Shown here: in pieces, positions 27,642-36,965 of the stretch | Numbering within the stretch: position 1 is the stretch's first letter | How the letters are laid out: every line of letters begins with the position of its first letter | Assembly (NCBI GenBank): GCA_024680915.1 | Contig: JAILBN010000035.1 | Coordinates: 8,435-72,434, forward strand | Length of the DNA stretch: 64,000 nt | From: Treponemataceae bacterium | Lineage (GTDB): Bacteria; Spirochaetota; Spirochaetia; Treponematales; Treponemataceae | Direction: 5' to 3' | The notes under the pieces: generated by a model | Told to the model about the DNA's origin: nothing | The model's database searches: none | Seen by the model: only the letters and a program-made list of their open reading frames with translations | Program-made: the position numbers and the translations under genes

Positions 27642-28279
27642 TGTTGTAGATGCTGCAAAACACGAGTCCTGCCGAGCTTTGCTTCGTTACGGGTTGGATT
27701 CAGCAAAAGAGCCTGATCGTAGGCATCAGCAGACAACTTATACTCACCTGCCATTTCCCTGGCATAACCAAGGCGGGTCCACCAATAATCACGGTTAGGC
27801 TCCGTCATTACAGCCTGGGAAAATGAAATGTCGGCATGGTTGTACTTAGCCTGCCTGACATATATTTCACCCATGAAATAATAAGCTACGCCAAAACGGG
27901 CGGAACCTGTGGTTGCAAGGGATATGAATTCCTGAAAGGACTCAAGGGACTTATCGTTATTTCCCATATAAAACTGTGCTTCGGCAAAAGCCTCTACCAG
28001 TCTTGGATCATATCGAGAAACAGTTCTTCCCTTTGTGCTCCAGTATTCTGCTTCTTTATACTGTCCACTGTCTACCAGACTCCAACAAAGAACGACGTAA
28101 GAATCAAGATTTCCAGGGGTTTCATTTATTTCATTGAGACAAATCTCTATTGACTCTGAATAATTACCACTTCTCCACAGTTCATAGGCATCTTTTTTTT
28201 CTGTCTGTGAAAAAAGAAGAGAAAAGATAAATACAAATAATAAAAGGAAATATATTTTTCTCATATCCATATCCTGCAT
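27638..28279 (-). CDS. secreted TPR-repeat protein
   Basis: 213 aa with a signal peptide and repeated A-x-Y/W...G.Y..A motifs typical of TPR. It overlaps mtaB by 4 nt. Confidence 0.7.
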   Translation of the reverse strand: MQDMDMRKIYFLLLFVFIFSLLFSQTEKKDAYELWRSGNYSESIEICLNEINETPGNLDSYVVLCWSLVDSGQYKEAEYWSTKGRTVSRYDPRLVEAFAEAQFYMGNNDKSLESFQEFISLATTGSARFGVAYYFMGEIYVRQAKYNHADISFSQAVMTEPNRDYWWTRLGYAREMAGEYKLSADAYDQALLLNPTRNEAKLGRTRVLQHLQQ

Positions 28280-28313
28280 TTTTATGAAATCAAGGGAAAG
28301 TTATCTTTATGTA

Positions 28314-28670
28314 TCATTTCATGGTGCATTTACCGGTGAAATGACTGCCAGGCTCCAGGATGACCTGAGGAGCTATAATGTCCCCCAGGACTGACCCTTC
28401 CGATGAGACAAAAACAAGCTTCTCAGCATTTATATTTCCCTCAAGCCCACCTTTCACAAGAACGCGTCCTGCAGAAATATCAGCTTTGACGACTGCCTTG
28501 TCACCAATGACAAGATCGCCTGTGGCTTCAATGCTTCCGAAAACCTTGCCCTTTATCATAAAAGGCTTATTGAATTTTATTTTTCCAGAGAAGGAAATAT
28601 CTGTCGCAAGAACTGTATCGAAACCTTCTTCCTCAAGTTCAAAAAAATCGGTGTCTTTTACATCAAACAT
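28314..28670 (-). CDS. bactofilin family cytoskeletal protein
   Basis: 118 aa. It has the beta-helical repeat pattern ISFSGKIKF..IKGKVFGSIEATGDLVIGDKAVVKADISAGRVLVKGGLEGNI..., typical of DUF583/bactofilin. Confidence 0.85.
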   Translation of the reverse strand: MFDVKDTDFFELEEEGFDTVLATDISFSGKIKFNKPFMIKGKVFGSIEATGDLVIGDKAVVKADISAGRVLVKGGLEGNINAEKLVFVSSEGSVLGDIIAPQVILEPGSHFTGKCTMK

Positions 28671-28753
28671 AACATTACTTTACTGACATAACAGGCTTCG
28701 GTCAAGAAGGAAAAGGGCACCTTCCCTACTACAGAACAAATTCTCCCCACGAA

Positions 28754-29428
28754 TCATCCATTAACTATGGCAATACCAGCTGAGCAACCTATCCTGTCAG
28801 CCCCGGCTTCAATCATAGCAAGGGCAGTTTCTCTGTCCCTGATTCCACCGGCAGCTTTGACTCCTGCTTTATCACCCACAGTCCCACGCATAAGCCTTAC
28901 ATCCTCTACCTTCGCTCCACCGGTTCCAAAACCTGTAGAAGTCTTTACGAAATCGGCACCAGCCTTTACACAGACACGACAGGCTTCCTCTATCTCAGCT
29001 TTATCAAGATAGCAATTCTCAAGGATAACTTTAACGAGCCCCTTGCGTCCCATCTCCCCTGACACCTTTCGTACCGCAGACACCACACCGGAGACATCTT
29101 GCTCCACATCCCCCCAGCGGCCGTCTTTCACAGCACCAATATCAATCACCATGTCAACCTCAGTGGCACCATCCTTAACGGCAGAGGCAGCTTCAAAAGC
29201 CTTTGTACTATGATTACAGGCACCAAGAGGAAAACCGACGACGGTACAAACCTCGACACCAGTCCCTTTAAGGATTTCCGCAGCCTTCTTCACCCATACT
29301 GAGTTTACACAGACGGAGGCGAAATGATTAGAGGCTGCCTCCTCACATAATTTATCTATATCGGCAGAAGTGGCGAATGCCTTCAAATTCGTGTGGTCAA
29401 TCATACCGGCAATATTGATGTCATCCAT
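28754..29428 (-). CDS. deoC: deoxyribose-phosphate aldolase
   Basis: [18 protein letters not shown] and FVKTSTGF (Schiff-base Lys). I prefer the ATG at 29428, which has an AAAGGAG SD, over the track's TTG at 29449. Confidence 0.9.
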   Translation of the reverse strand: MDDINIAGMIDHTNLKAFATSADIDKLCEEAASNHFASVCVNSVWVKKAAEILKGTGVEVCTVVGFPLGACNHSTKAFEAASAVKDGATEVDMVIDIGAVKDGRWGDVEQDVSGVVSAVRKVSGEMGRKGLVKVILENCYLDKAEIEEACRVCVKAGADFVKTSTGFGTGGAKVEDVRLMRGTVGDKAGVKAAGGIRDRETALAMIEAGADRIGCSAGIAIVNG

Positions 29429-29707
29429 TTTATCATGACTCCTTTTCAAGAAAATATAAGATAATAACTGACGTTTCCTAACCTTTGCATATAAAAAAAC
29501 ACAGGCTAAAGAACCTTATTCATACTCCATATTGATGTTAACACATTTCATCCCAAAAAGGAACATCAGAAGGACTGTATTTTATTTTCAAATTTTATTC
29601 ACTATTTTTATATTAATTTCCTTGTTTTTACATAATTTTTATGATATTTTATTTCTAGGATTATTCCTTCCAGGATTTTCCTGAAAAAAATATAAGAGGT
29701 ATTTGAT

Positions 29708-29878
29708 ATGGCTTACAAAATCTCAGATGCATGCGTAAACTGCGGTGCATGCGAGGGCGAATGTCCAGTTGGAGCAATCAGCGAAGGCGACGGAAAAAGA
29801 GAAATCGACACAAGCGTATGTGTCAGTTGCGGAACATGTGCTTCATCATGCCCCACTGCCGCTATAGTGGAAGCATAA
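29708..29878 (+). CDS. 2x[4Fe-4S] ferredoxin (56 aa)
   Basis: Below the ORF-track cutoff. My translation is MAYKISDACVNCGACEGECPVGAISEGDGKREIDTSVCVSCGTCASSCPTAAIVEA, with two CxxCxxCxxxCP motifs. Confidence 0.92.
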   Translation: MAYKISDACVNCGACEGECPVGAISEGDGKREIDTSVCVSCGTCASSCPTAAIVEA

Positions 29879-29890
29879 AACAATGCTTTT

Positions 29891-29922
29891 GTCTTGGAAT
29901 AATTTTCCAAGACTTTTTTTTT
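29891..29922 (+). terminator. intrinsic terminator after ferredoxin
   Basis: GTCTTGGAA (29891-29899) pairs with TTCCAAGAC (29905-29913), a perfect 9 bp, followed by 9 T. Confidence 0.85.
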
Positions 29923-29929
29923 ATAAATT

Positions 29930-30364
29930 ATGGTCAGACAGTTTTTTTCAGGATTCACAGGTATAATCAAATCTATTGGTATCGTAATCATATGCTTAGC
30001 GGCATGTGCAGGACTTTGTATTCTTTTTGTATGGCCGGTATGGTATTTTTCCCAGAACCACCCAACCGCTTTCACCACCCTTGTCATCAGCTTTTTCCTG
30101 ATGCTTATAATCTATGCTGTCGTACGCAAAATACGGTCAGGAATAAAAAACTCGCCTGATAAAAAAGCTAAAAAAAGCTATCTATTCAAATTAACCGCCA
30201 CAACGGTGCGTGTGGCTGTATTCATTGTCCTTCTGGTACTGTCTGTCCAGAGCGTTCTTAGCGGAAACAGGATGACGGGAATAATTGTTTTCGCAGTATC
30301 CCTGATCGTTTTCGGGTTCTCAGGTTCTCTTGCTCGTTTCATCGCGAATAAAATAAGGCAATGA
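29930..30364 (+). CDS. membrane protein of unknown function
   Basis: 144 aa with 4 hydrophobic segments. It overlaps the M23 peptidase gene by 4 nt. Confidence 0.65.
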   Translation: MVRQFFSGFTGIIKSIGIVIICLAACAGLCILFVWPVWYFSQNHPTAFTTLVISFFLMLIIYAVVRKIRSGIKNSPDKKAKKSYLFKLTATTVRVAVFIVLLVLSVQSVLSGNRMTGIIVFAVSLIVFGFSGSLARFIANKIRQ

Positions 30365-31245
30365 TCTTTTTAGCTTCTAAAATCAAAAAGCTGTTATTCT
30401 TTTTTCTTCTTATCATTACAAGCTATGCTTTCTGCGATGATCAGACGATACCAGCCTTATCCTCCAGGAACGCTCAGTTCCGTCAGTTCATGGACAACCT
30501 AGAAAAATCATACATGAGTGAAGTAAGGGGCATAAAAGTCGTTCCCTACATCTATACATATACCGCAGCAGAAAAGGACACCATAATCTCAATTGCCGCC
30601 AGATGCAATATCCCCCATGAAACACTTGCCCTGCTTAATGATTATTCCTCCACAGACACTGATATAAAAAACGCTACCATATATATACCAGCGGCTGCAG
30701 GACTATTTGTAAAGGAAGAGCCCTCTTCAATCCTGGAAAAACTCATACAGATAAGGTTTCCAGATTACAAGGCATATCCATCTATACAACTGAAGGGTAA
30801 AAAATACTATTTCTTACAAGCAGAAAGGCTTACGCCCACAGAAAGGGCATTTTTCTTGGATTCAAAGATGGCCTCCCCTCTGCCAGAGGGAATACTCACG
30901 TCAGCCTATGGAATGAGGGAAAGCCCGATTACCGGCAGCATGCTGTTCCATAAAGGGATAGATCTTGCCGCACCAGAAGGAACCCCCGTATATGCCTGTA
31001 AATCAGGATATGTGCTTTCAGCCTCCTCAGATGATGTATACGGCAACTTTGTAATACTTCAACACGAAAACAACTTACAGAGCGTTTATGCCCATCTTTT
31101 TGAAATAGAAAAAAAAGAAGGATACGTCCATTCTGGTTCAGTCATAGGATATGTAGGGACTACAGGGCTATCCACCGGACCTCATCTCCATTTTGAAATA
31201 CGGCAGAACGGAGAGAACAAAAATCCGGAAGACTTTTTACCATAA
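30361..31245 (+). CDS. M23 family metallopeptidase with LysM-like segment
   Basis: HKGIDLAAPEGTPVYA and GLSTGPHLHFEIRQNG are M23 Zn-ligand motifs. A LysM-like stretch YTAAEKDTIISIAARCNI..L..LN is present, along with a signal peptide. Confidence 0.88.
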   Translation: MIFLASKIKKLLFFFLLIITSYAFCDDQTIPALSSRNAQFRQFMDNLEKSYMSEVRGIKVVPYIYTYTAAEKDTIISIAARCNIPHETLALLNDYSSTDTDIKNATIYIPAAAGLFVKEEPSSILEKLIQIRFPDYKAYPSIQLKGKKYYFLQAERLTPTERAFFLDSKMASPLPEGILTSAYGMRESPITGSMLFHKGIDLAAPEGTPVYACKSGYVLSASSDDVYGNFVILQHENNLQSVYAHLFEIEKKEGYVHSGSVIGYVGTTGLSTGPHLHFEIRQNGENKNPEDFLP

Positions 31246-31334
31246 AACATATCATTTTTTCCGCATAAAGTATCCTTTATAAGAAAAATGATTAGAATCT
31301 GCTGGAAAAATTGCATTTAAAAACAAGCAAAAGC

Positions 31335-31362
31335 TAAAGATATCTGATATTGTAACCGATAA
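31335..31362 (+). promoter_or_regulatory. sigma-28 (FliA)-like promoter motif
   Basis: TAAA (31335-31338), a 16-nt spacer, then ACCGATAA (31355-31362). The enterobacterial consensus is TAAA-N15-GCCGATAA. The predicted start is about 31368-31372. Confidence 0.4.
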
Positions 31363-31367
31363 AATAA

Positions 31368-31453
31368 ATGTCGGTCAGACAAATCCCCTCCCACCCATTG
31401 TATGACCGACTGCCTGATGGGCATGGCCGGCTGCATAGTCGGCCTTTTTTTTT
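31368..31453 (+). ncRNA. candidate small RNA or attenuating 5' leader (C-rich loop hairpin plus terminator)
   Basis: GTCGGTCA (31370-31377) pairs with TGACCGAC (31403-31410), enclosing a 25-nt loop that contains CCCCTCCCACCC (31385-31396). A small TGCC/GGCA hairpin follows (31411-31423). A terminator hairpin GGCCGGC/GTCGGCC (31425-31444) is followed by 9 T. Confidence 0.35.
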
Positions 31454-31623
31454 AAGAGACTTCACTATCTTAAAATACCAATATTTTCCCCTTTTTTGTA
31501 GAAACTTTATTGTCTTTTAATTTTCCTATGATAGAATTGAAGATAGATTTTTGTTGTTTCAAATGACATGACCGCTGAAAAGTTTCAACACATGTTTTGC
31601 GGCATAATTTCAGGAGGGTACAA

Positions 31624-33516
31624 ATGTTGATAAAATTCAAAAGCTTAAAAAAAATGCTGCTCGTTTACATATGCACACCTTTATTGATAGGTTGCATGGG
31701 AATGAACATTATTGCGACTATACTTTCACAGAATGCCATGAAAACTGAAGTTCAGACAAACATGGCTCGAAACGCAGCCCTTATACAAAAGCTTGTTCAA
31801 GAAAAAATCGACGGTTGTTTCTCTCAGCTCAAGACAGCATCAGAGGCAGCCTCTTTATCTGACTACATAATATCTGACAGCCTGGATGTTCCCGATACTG
31901 ATGAATTCATAAAAATCCTTGAAGAAATAAAATTATCAGAGCAATCATTCATCAGCATAGCTTTCGGGGATTTGAAGGGGAATCTCATTGATGATACAGG
32001 TTCTCCCCTCAGTATAACCAACACAGCTTTTCTCGAAGAAGCACTTGAAAAAGGAAGGGCAATAACCTTATCAACAGAGCAGACTGACGCAAACGCTTCA
32101 GTCTTTATGCTGGCAATTCCTGTTGAAAAAGAAAAGGTCCAGGCGGGAATACTGACAGCCTTTGTAGATTCTTCTATTGTAAATGAGACTCTTAAAGGCA
32201 TATCATTCGGTTCCGAATATCCTGTCATATATACGGACCAGGGTATCATAGCAGGCTCCGGAAAAGAAGGATACATCATAGCTAATGAAAATATAATTGA
32301 GAGCAATAAGAATACTCCCTTACTTTATACAGCCATGAAAAAAGCTGCTGCAGGAGATATCGGGTTCACAGAATACAAAGTGGGAAAAGCAGCTTATTTC
32401 GCCACCTTCGCCCGTCTGGAGGATTTCGGCCTGAACGTGATGGTCACAGCCGTTAGAAACGAAGCGATGAGGAATGTAAATTCCGTTGGCTCCTATCTTT
32501 CCATCACCACTATAGTGATACTACTCTCAAGTTTTATTTTCCTACGGATAATAATCGGCAATATCTCAGGAACAGTATCATTGCTGTCTAAAGCTATCAA
32601 TCAAATAGCAACAGGAAATCTTTCCAAGAACGAAATAATAGTCAAGACACAAGATATAGCAATGAAACGTACGGATGAGCTGGGTGTCATATGCAATGCA
32701 GTAAACAATATGCAAGCGGATCTTTCGCAGGTAGTCTCTTCTATTAATGAGACAGCCTGCAATCTGGCCTCCGGAGCTGATCAGATAGCGGAAACGAGCC
32801 AGTCTGTCTCAGGAGGAGCCTCCGAGCAGGCGGCCTCCACGGAAGAGGTTTCCTCTACGATAGAGCAAATGGCGTCGAATATAAAGCAGAATGCCGACAA
32901 TGCCGAAAAAACCAACAGCATAGCGGCTGAAACAAAGAATGATGGCATAAAAGCAGAAGAAGCTGTCTCTGTTTCATTGGATGCCGTCCATGAGATAGCA
33001 GAGAAAATTGCTGTAATAGAGGATATAGCAAGCCAAACTGATCTGCTGGCCCTGAATGCCGCCATAGAAGCTGCCCGTGCGGGTGAAGCAGGAAAAGGCT
33101 TTGCTGTTGTGGCAAGCGAGGTCAGAAGACTTGCGGAGCGCAGCAAGACAGCTGCCCATGAGATAAGCGAGATCTCGACAAAAACAGTCTCTACGGCTGA
33201 GGAAGCAGAAGCCCTCGTGAAGAAAACCATACCAGCAATTGCCCAGACTACGCAGCTGGTTGAGGAAATAGCATCAGCATCCAGAGAACAGGACATAGGG
33301 GCATCTCAAATAGCGAAAGCTATAGAGCAGCTGGACAGCGTAGTTCAGCAGAATGCTTCTGCCTCAGAAGAGCTTGCATCAATGGCGGAAGAATTCGCAG
33401 CTCAGTCCGCATCCCTTATAGATACTATGAATTTCTTCAAGCTGGATGAAAATCCTGAGGACATAGCGCCGCTCACTGAGCCAGAGAGTCCCAAAGCCAT
33501 TGAATACAGGTCTTGA
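31624..33516 (+). CDS. methyl-accepting chemotaxis protein with periplasmic Cache-like sensor and HAMP domain
   Basis: It carries the highly conserved signalling hairpin [40 protein letters not shown] and has two TM segments. I prefer the ATG at 31624 with SD GGAGGG over the track's TTG at 31597. Confidence 0.9.
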   Translation: MLIKFKSLKKMLLVYICTPLLIGCMGMNIIATILSQNAMKTEVQTNMARNAALIQKLVQEKIDGCFSQLKTASEAASLSDYIISDSLDVPDTDEFIKILEEIKLSEQSFISIAFGDLKGNLIDDTGSPLSITNTAFLEEALEKGRAITLSTEQTDANASVFMLAIPVEKEKVQAGILTAFVDSSIVNETLKGISFGSEYPVIYTDQGIIAGSGKEGYIIANENIIESNKNTPLLYTAMKKAAAGDIGFTEYKVGKAAYFATFARLEDFGLNVMVTAVRNEAMRNVNSVGSYLSITTIVILLSSFIFLRIIIGNISGTVSLLSKAINQIATGNLSKNEIIVKTQDIAMKRTDELGVICNAVNNMQADLSQVVSSINETACNLASGADQIAETSQSVSGGASEQAASTEEVSSTIEQMASNIKQNADNAEKTNSIAAETKNDGIKAEEAVSVSLDAVHEIAEKIAVIEDIASQTDLLALNAAIEAARAGEAGKGFAVVASEVRRLAERSKTAAHEISEISTKTVSTAEEAEALVKKTIPAIAQTTQLVEEIASASREQDIGASQIAKAIEQLDSVVQQNASASEELASMAEEFAAQSASLIDTMNFFKLDENPEDIAPLTEPESPKAIEYRS

Positions 33517-33547
33517 CAGCAAAGATTCTTTTTCTTAATCTACAAGA

Positions 33548-36178
33548 ATGGAAAAAATCAAGAAGCGCACCTATTTTCTTTTTTTTCTGGCGGTTCCTTT
33601 CGCACTTATATTCGGAGCTGCCCTAGGAGCGCTAGTCGCACAGACCTTAAATACAATAAACTCAGAAAATTTCACGGAATTCAACCCTTCTCTCCCCTCA
33701 AAGCTTCTTGATATCAATGGTGAATTGATAACAGAATTCTCAGCGGATGAGAAAAGGGAAATGATTGATATAATAGACATTCCCCAGCATGTAATAGATG
33801 CTCTGATAACCCGTGAGGACAGGATTTTCTTTCAGCACAGGGGTTTCAGCATCAGATCCATACTCCGTGCCCTTTTAGGAAAGATTACGGGACAGACACT
33901 GGGAGGAGGAAGTACCCTCACCCAACAAATAGCAGGTACCCTCTATTGTGACAGGACGGATATCTCCATCAGCCGGAAAATAAAGGAATTATGGTGGGCC
34001 ATCCAGATGGAGCGCCGTTTCACCAAGAACGAGATTCTGGAGCTTTATCTGAACAAAGTTTACCTGGGCGGTGGTACCTACGGAATAAATGCTGCCTCCA
34101 AGTATTATTTTGGACATGATGCAGCAGAGCTTACTCCGGCAGAGTCCGCCATGCTCGTCATACAGCTTTCCAACCCAGCATACTACAATCCTTTCGATTA
34201 CCCGAACAGGGCTCAGGAAAGACAAAGAGATGTTCTTAACCAAATGGTTGAGACCGGCTATATAACAAAGACCGCTGCAGACGAGTCTTTTGAGAATTTC
34301 TGGACGAATTTCGACTACCTGCGTACAAATACTTCCGCATATTCATTGCGGGAGGATGCAGCTCCCTGGTTCAGTGAATATGTATTGAGGGAACTCAATA
34401 CGATGCTATATGGAACTATGAATGTCTATACAGACGGTTTTACTGTCAACACGACGCTGAACCTGAGACACCAGGAAGCTGCACAGCAGATAATGACTAA
34501 ATATATCAACTATGCGAATGAGACCTATCAGACAAACTATGAGAAGAAACGTCAGAATGCTATAAATATTTATATTCCGCTTACCGAGCTTATTTCCCTT
34601 GTATTCAACATTCCGGAGATAAAAACCTCAGAACAGCGGCGAGAGACCGAGGCCAAGGCAGAATACAAAACCAAAATCAACCCGGTTCTAGACCTTATGG
34701 CACTTATAACCGGAAACGAGAGCTTGAAAATCAACATCACCAACAAGTCTAACGCAACACAAATCGAAACGACGAACAAGGACACTATAGAAGGTACCAT
34801 GATTTCTCTAGAAAACAGTACCGGATATATAAATGCCCTTGTAGGCGGAAGCAATTTCAGTGAAAGCAATCAGTTCATAAGAGCAACGCAAGCCACTTTG
34901 CAGCCAGGCAGCAGCTTCAAACCACTCTATTATTCTGCGGCTATAGACTCCCGGAAATTCACCGCGGCGACCCAAATATATGATATGCCCATTATGTTCT
35001 ATACAGAGGATGGCTCTGAATATTATATAGAGAATTTCAAAGGAACCTGGGAAGGTTCCGTACAGCTTTGGTATGCCTTAGCCACATCTATGAACGTACC
35101 TTCCATGAAGGTCTTGAACGGTGTGGGATTCGAAGCTGCTATAAAAAGAGCTCAAGCCTTGCTAGGTGTACCAGACGAGGAGCTTGAGGAAAGAAAGCTC
35201 ATTCCTGTTTATCCTATAGGATTGGGTGTCTGCACGGTCCAGCCTATACAGATGGCAAGGGCATTCGCAATCTTTGCTAACCAGGGAAAAGAAGTTACTC
35301 CTATGGCCATTCGTACGGTAGAAGACCGCAAGGGTTCCATAGTCATTAATCCTGAAAAAGAAATAAGGGAAGCCCAGAAGAAAAAAGGCGATGATATTCA
35401 GGTTATATCACCGCAGACTGCCTTCATAATGACAAATCTCCTGGAAAACACGGTTAAAATAGGAACGCTGGCAAAGGGCTCAGGCTATTATTACAACACC
35501 TACAAATTCAAATATAAAGATTCCAATGGAAATTTTTTCAATTTACCAGCCGGCGGAAAAACAGGAACGACACAGAACTGGGCAGATGCTTGGACTGTCG
35601 GGTTCACCCCCTATTACACATCTGCCTTCTGGTTCGGTTTTGACCAGAAGGGAAAGACCCTGGGTCTGGAGATGACAGGATCTACCCTGGCAGGACATGC
35701 CTGGGGCGATTTTATGAAGGTCGCCAATGAAGGACTACCCTACAAGACTTTCTTCAAGCCTCAGACAGGAATAGTTGAAGCCCAGGTATGTTCGGTCTCA
35801 GGACTTCTTCCTACAGAAGCTTGTGGTAATCATCTGCGGACATTCTACTTTTTGGAAGGAACAGAACCAACGACTCTTTGTGAACAACATACCCACATGG
35901 CAGAAGCCAAGGATATGAGCGTCTCCAGACTGAAAGACGAACGACTCCAGGTAGGAAACAAAGGCTATAATACTGTAACCTCACCATATCTTTCTCTTGA
36001 TCTTTCTTTCCTAGACGAATCTGAGAAATACTCTGATCTTTCCAACTATGGACTCTATAATCCGGATTTATTCGATACTTCTCTGTCCTCGAACGAATCA
36101 AATTATTATGCTGACCCAAGTCTTGTTCCTGATATTGAAAATGAGAAGGAACTGAAATATAATTATTTATTGGATTAG
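33548..36178 (+). CDS. class A penicillin-binding protein (PBP1A-type transglycosylase/transpeptidase)
   Basis: GT51 motifs REDRIFFQHRGF, GGSTLTQQ and RKIKELWWAIQMERRFTKNEILELYLN. Transpeptidase motifs SSFKP and KTGTT. Confidence 0.92.
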   Translation: MEKIKKRTYFLFFLAVPFALIFGAALGALVAQTLNTINSENFTEFNPSLPSKLLDINGELITEFSADEKREMIDIIDIPQHVIDALITREDRIFFQHRGFSIRSILRALLGKITGQTLGGGSTLTQQIAGTLYCDRTDISISRKIKELWWAIQMERRFTKNEILELYLNKVYLGGGTYGINAASKYYFGHDAAELTPAESAMLVIQLSNPAYYNPFDYPNRAQERQRDVLNQMVETGYITKTAADESFENFWTNFDYLRTNTSAYSLREDAAPWFSEYVLRELNTMLYGTMNVYTDGFTVNTTLNLRHQEAAQQIMTKYINYANETYQTNYEKKRQNAINIYIPLTELISLVFNIPEIKTSEQRRETEAKAEYKTKINPVLDLMALITGNESLKINITNKSNATQIETTNKDTIEGTMISLENSTGYINALVGGSNFSESNQFIRATQATLQPGSSFKPLYYSAAIDSRKFTAATQIYDMPIMFYTEDGSEYYIENFKGTWEGSVQLWYALATSMNVPSMKVLNGVGFEAAIKRAQALLGVPDEELEERKLIPVYPIGLGVCTVQPIQMARAFAIFANQGKEVTPMAIRTVEDRKGSIVINPEKEIREAQKKKGDDIQVISPQTAFIMTNLLENTVKIGTLAKGSGYYYNTYKFKYKDSNGNFFNLPAGGKTGTTQNWADAWTVGFTPYYTSAFWFGFDQKGKTLGLEMTGSTLAGHAWGDFMKVANEGLPYKTFFKPQTGIVEAQVCSVSGLLPTEACGNHLRTFYFLEGTEPTTLCEQHTHMAEAKDMSVSRLKDERLQVGNKGYNTVTSPYLSLDLSFLDESEKYSDLSNYGLYNPDLFDTSLSSNESNYYADPSLVPDIENEKELKYNYLLD

Positions 36179-36219
36179 GTCAGCTTAGCTTAAAAGCAGG
36201 TTTATAGGAGAAGAATATA

Positions 36220-36867
36220 TTGCTTATAAGTATCAGTGAAATAAAAGTAAAAAAAAGAGTACGCAAAGACTTAGGAAATCTTGAATCCTTAAAAGACAGT
36301 CTCAGGCGTTACGGACTTATGAACCCCATCACTATCAACAGCAGATACGAGCTTATCGCAGGTCAAAGAAGACTTGAGGCTGCGAAACAACTGGGTTGGA
36401 CCACAATTTCTGTCAATATCCTGGACAGCGTTCCTGATAAAATATCTCAACTTGAAATGGAGCTTGAGGAGAATACCCAGCGTTATGATTTTTCTGATGA
36501 AGAACTTCTTGCAGGGTATGCAGCTCTTGAGAAGCTAAGGAATCCTGGCTTTTTCAACAGGCTTTTTAAGAAGTTAGTAGATTTTTTCACTTCTGATAAT
36601 GAATCAAATGCCGAGAAAATAAACAAGAAAAAGGAAAAATCTTTTGCTCTTTCCTTCTCTCTTCTTGCCGGAATAATTCTTGCTGTGGCCAGCGCCCTTT
36701 TATATAAAAATGAACTTACAGGAGCTCCCGTACATTTTTTCATGGACTGTGCAGCCTGTGTCTTACTTTTTATAGGAACTATTTTCCTTGTTCGTTTTTT
36801 CTTTATAAGACGGAAATACCTGAATCTAAAGCAGATTCAGAATATTCAACCGACTATAAAGCTTTAA
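36220..36867 (+). CDS. ParB/Srx N-terminal-domain protein with C-terminal transmembrane anchor
   Basis: TTG start with an AGGAGAAG SD. ISISEIKVKKRVRKDLGNLESLKDSLRRYGLMNPITI..YELIAGQRRLEAAKQLG carries the ParB box with the GxxRxxA arginine patch. Two hydrophobic helices are present (FALSFSLLAGIILAVASALLY and CAACVLLFIGTIFLVRFFFI). I recognise no HTH or dimerisation domain. Confidence 0.7.
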   Translation: MLISISEIKVKKRVRKDLGNLESLKDSLRRYGLMNPITINSRYELIAGQRRLEAAKQLGWTTISVNILDSVPDKISQLEMELEENTQRYDFSDEELLAGYAALEKLRNPGFFNRLFKKLVDFFTSDNESNAEKINKKKEKSFALSFSLLAGIILAVASALLYKNELTGAPVHFFMDCAACVLLFIGTIFLVRFFFIRRKYLNLKQIQNIQPTIKL

Positions 36868-36911
36868 GGCACCATAAAATTCTTTTTTTTGAAACTTTTT
36901 ATCCTGGGCAC

Positions 36912-36940
36912 TTGTTTTTAACCGAAAACTTAAGTATATT
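36912..36940 (+). promoter_or_regulatory. sigma-70-type promoter of ssrA
   Basis: TTGTTT (36912-36917), a 17-nt spacer, then TATATT (36935-36940), about 25 nt upstream of the mature tmRNA 5' end. Confidence 0.5.
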
Positions 36941-36965
36941 CATTGGAGCATAAACATTTTAACAA

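Noticed and set aside
29713-30159. Track ORFs 29713-30087 (-) and 29731-30159 (+).
   Set aside because: They overlap the short but unmistakable 2x[4Fe-4S] ferredoxin gene (29708-29878) and its terminator. Their products are Cys/Arg-rich translations of the ferredoxin frame shifts.
31579-31607. A second sigma-28-like motif, AAAGTTT-N13-GCGGCATAA, just upstream of the MCP gene.
   Set aside because: The -35 half is good, but the -10 half matches GCCGATAA poorly. The predicted start would also fall inside the MCP Shine-Dalgarno (31613-31618). I keep it only as a weak alternative promoter.
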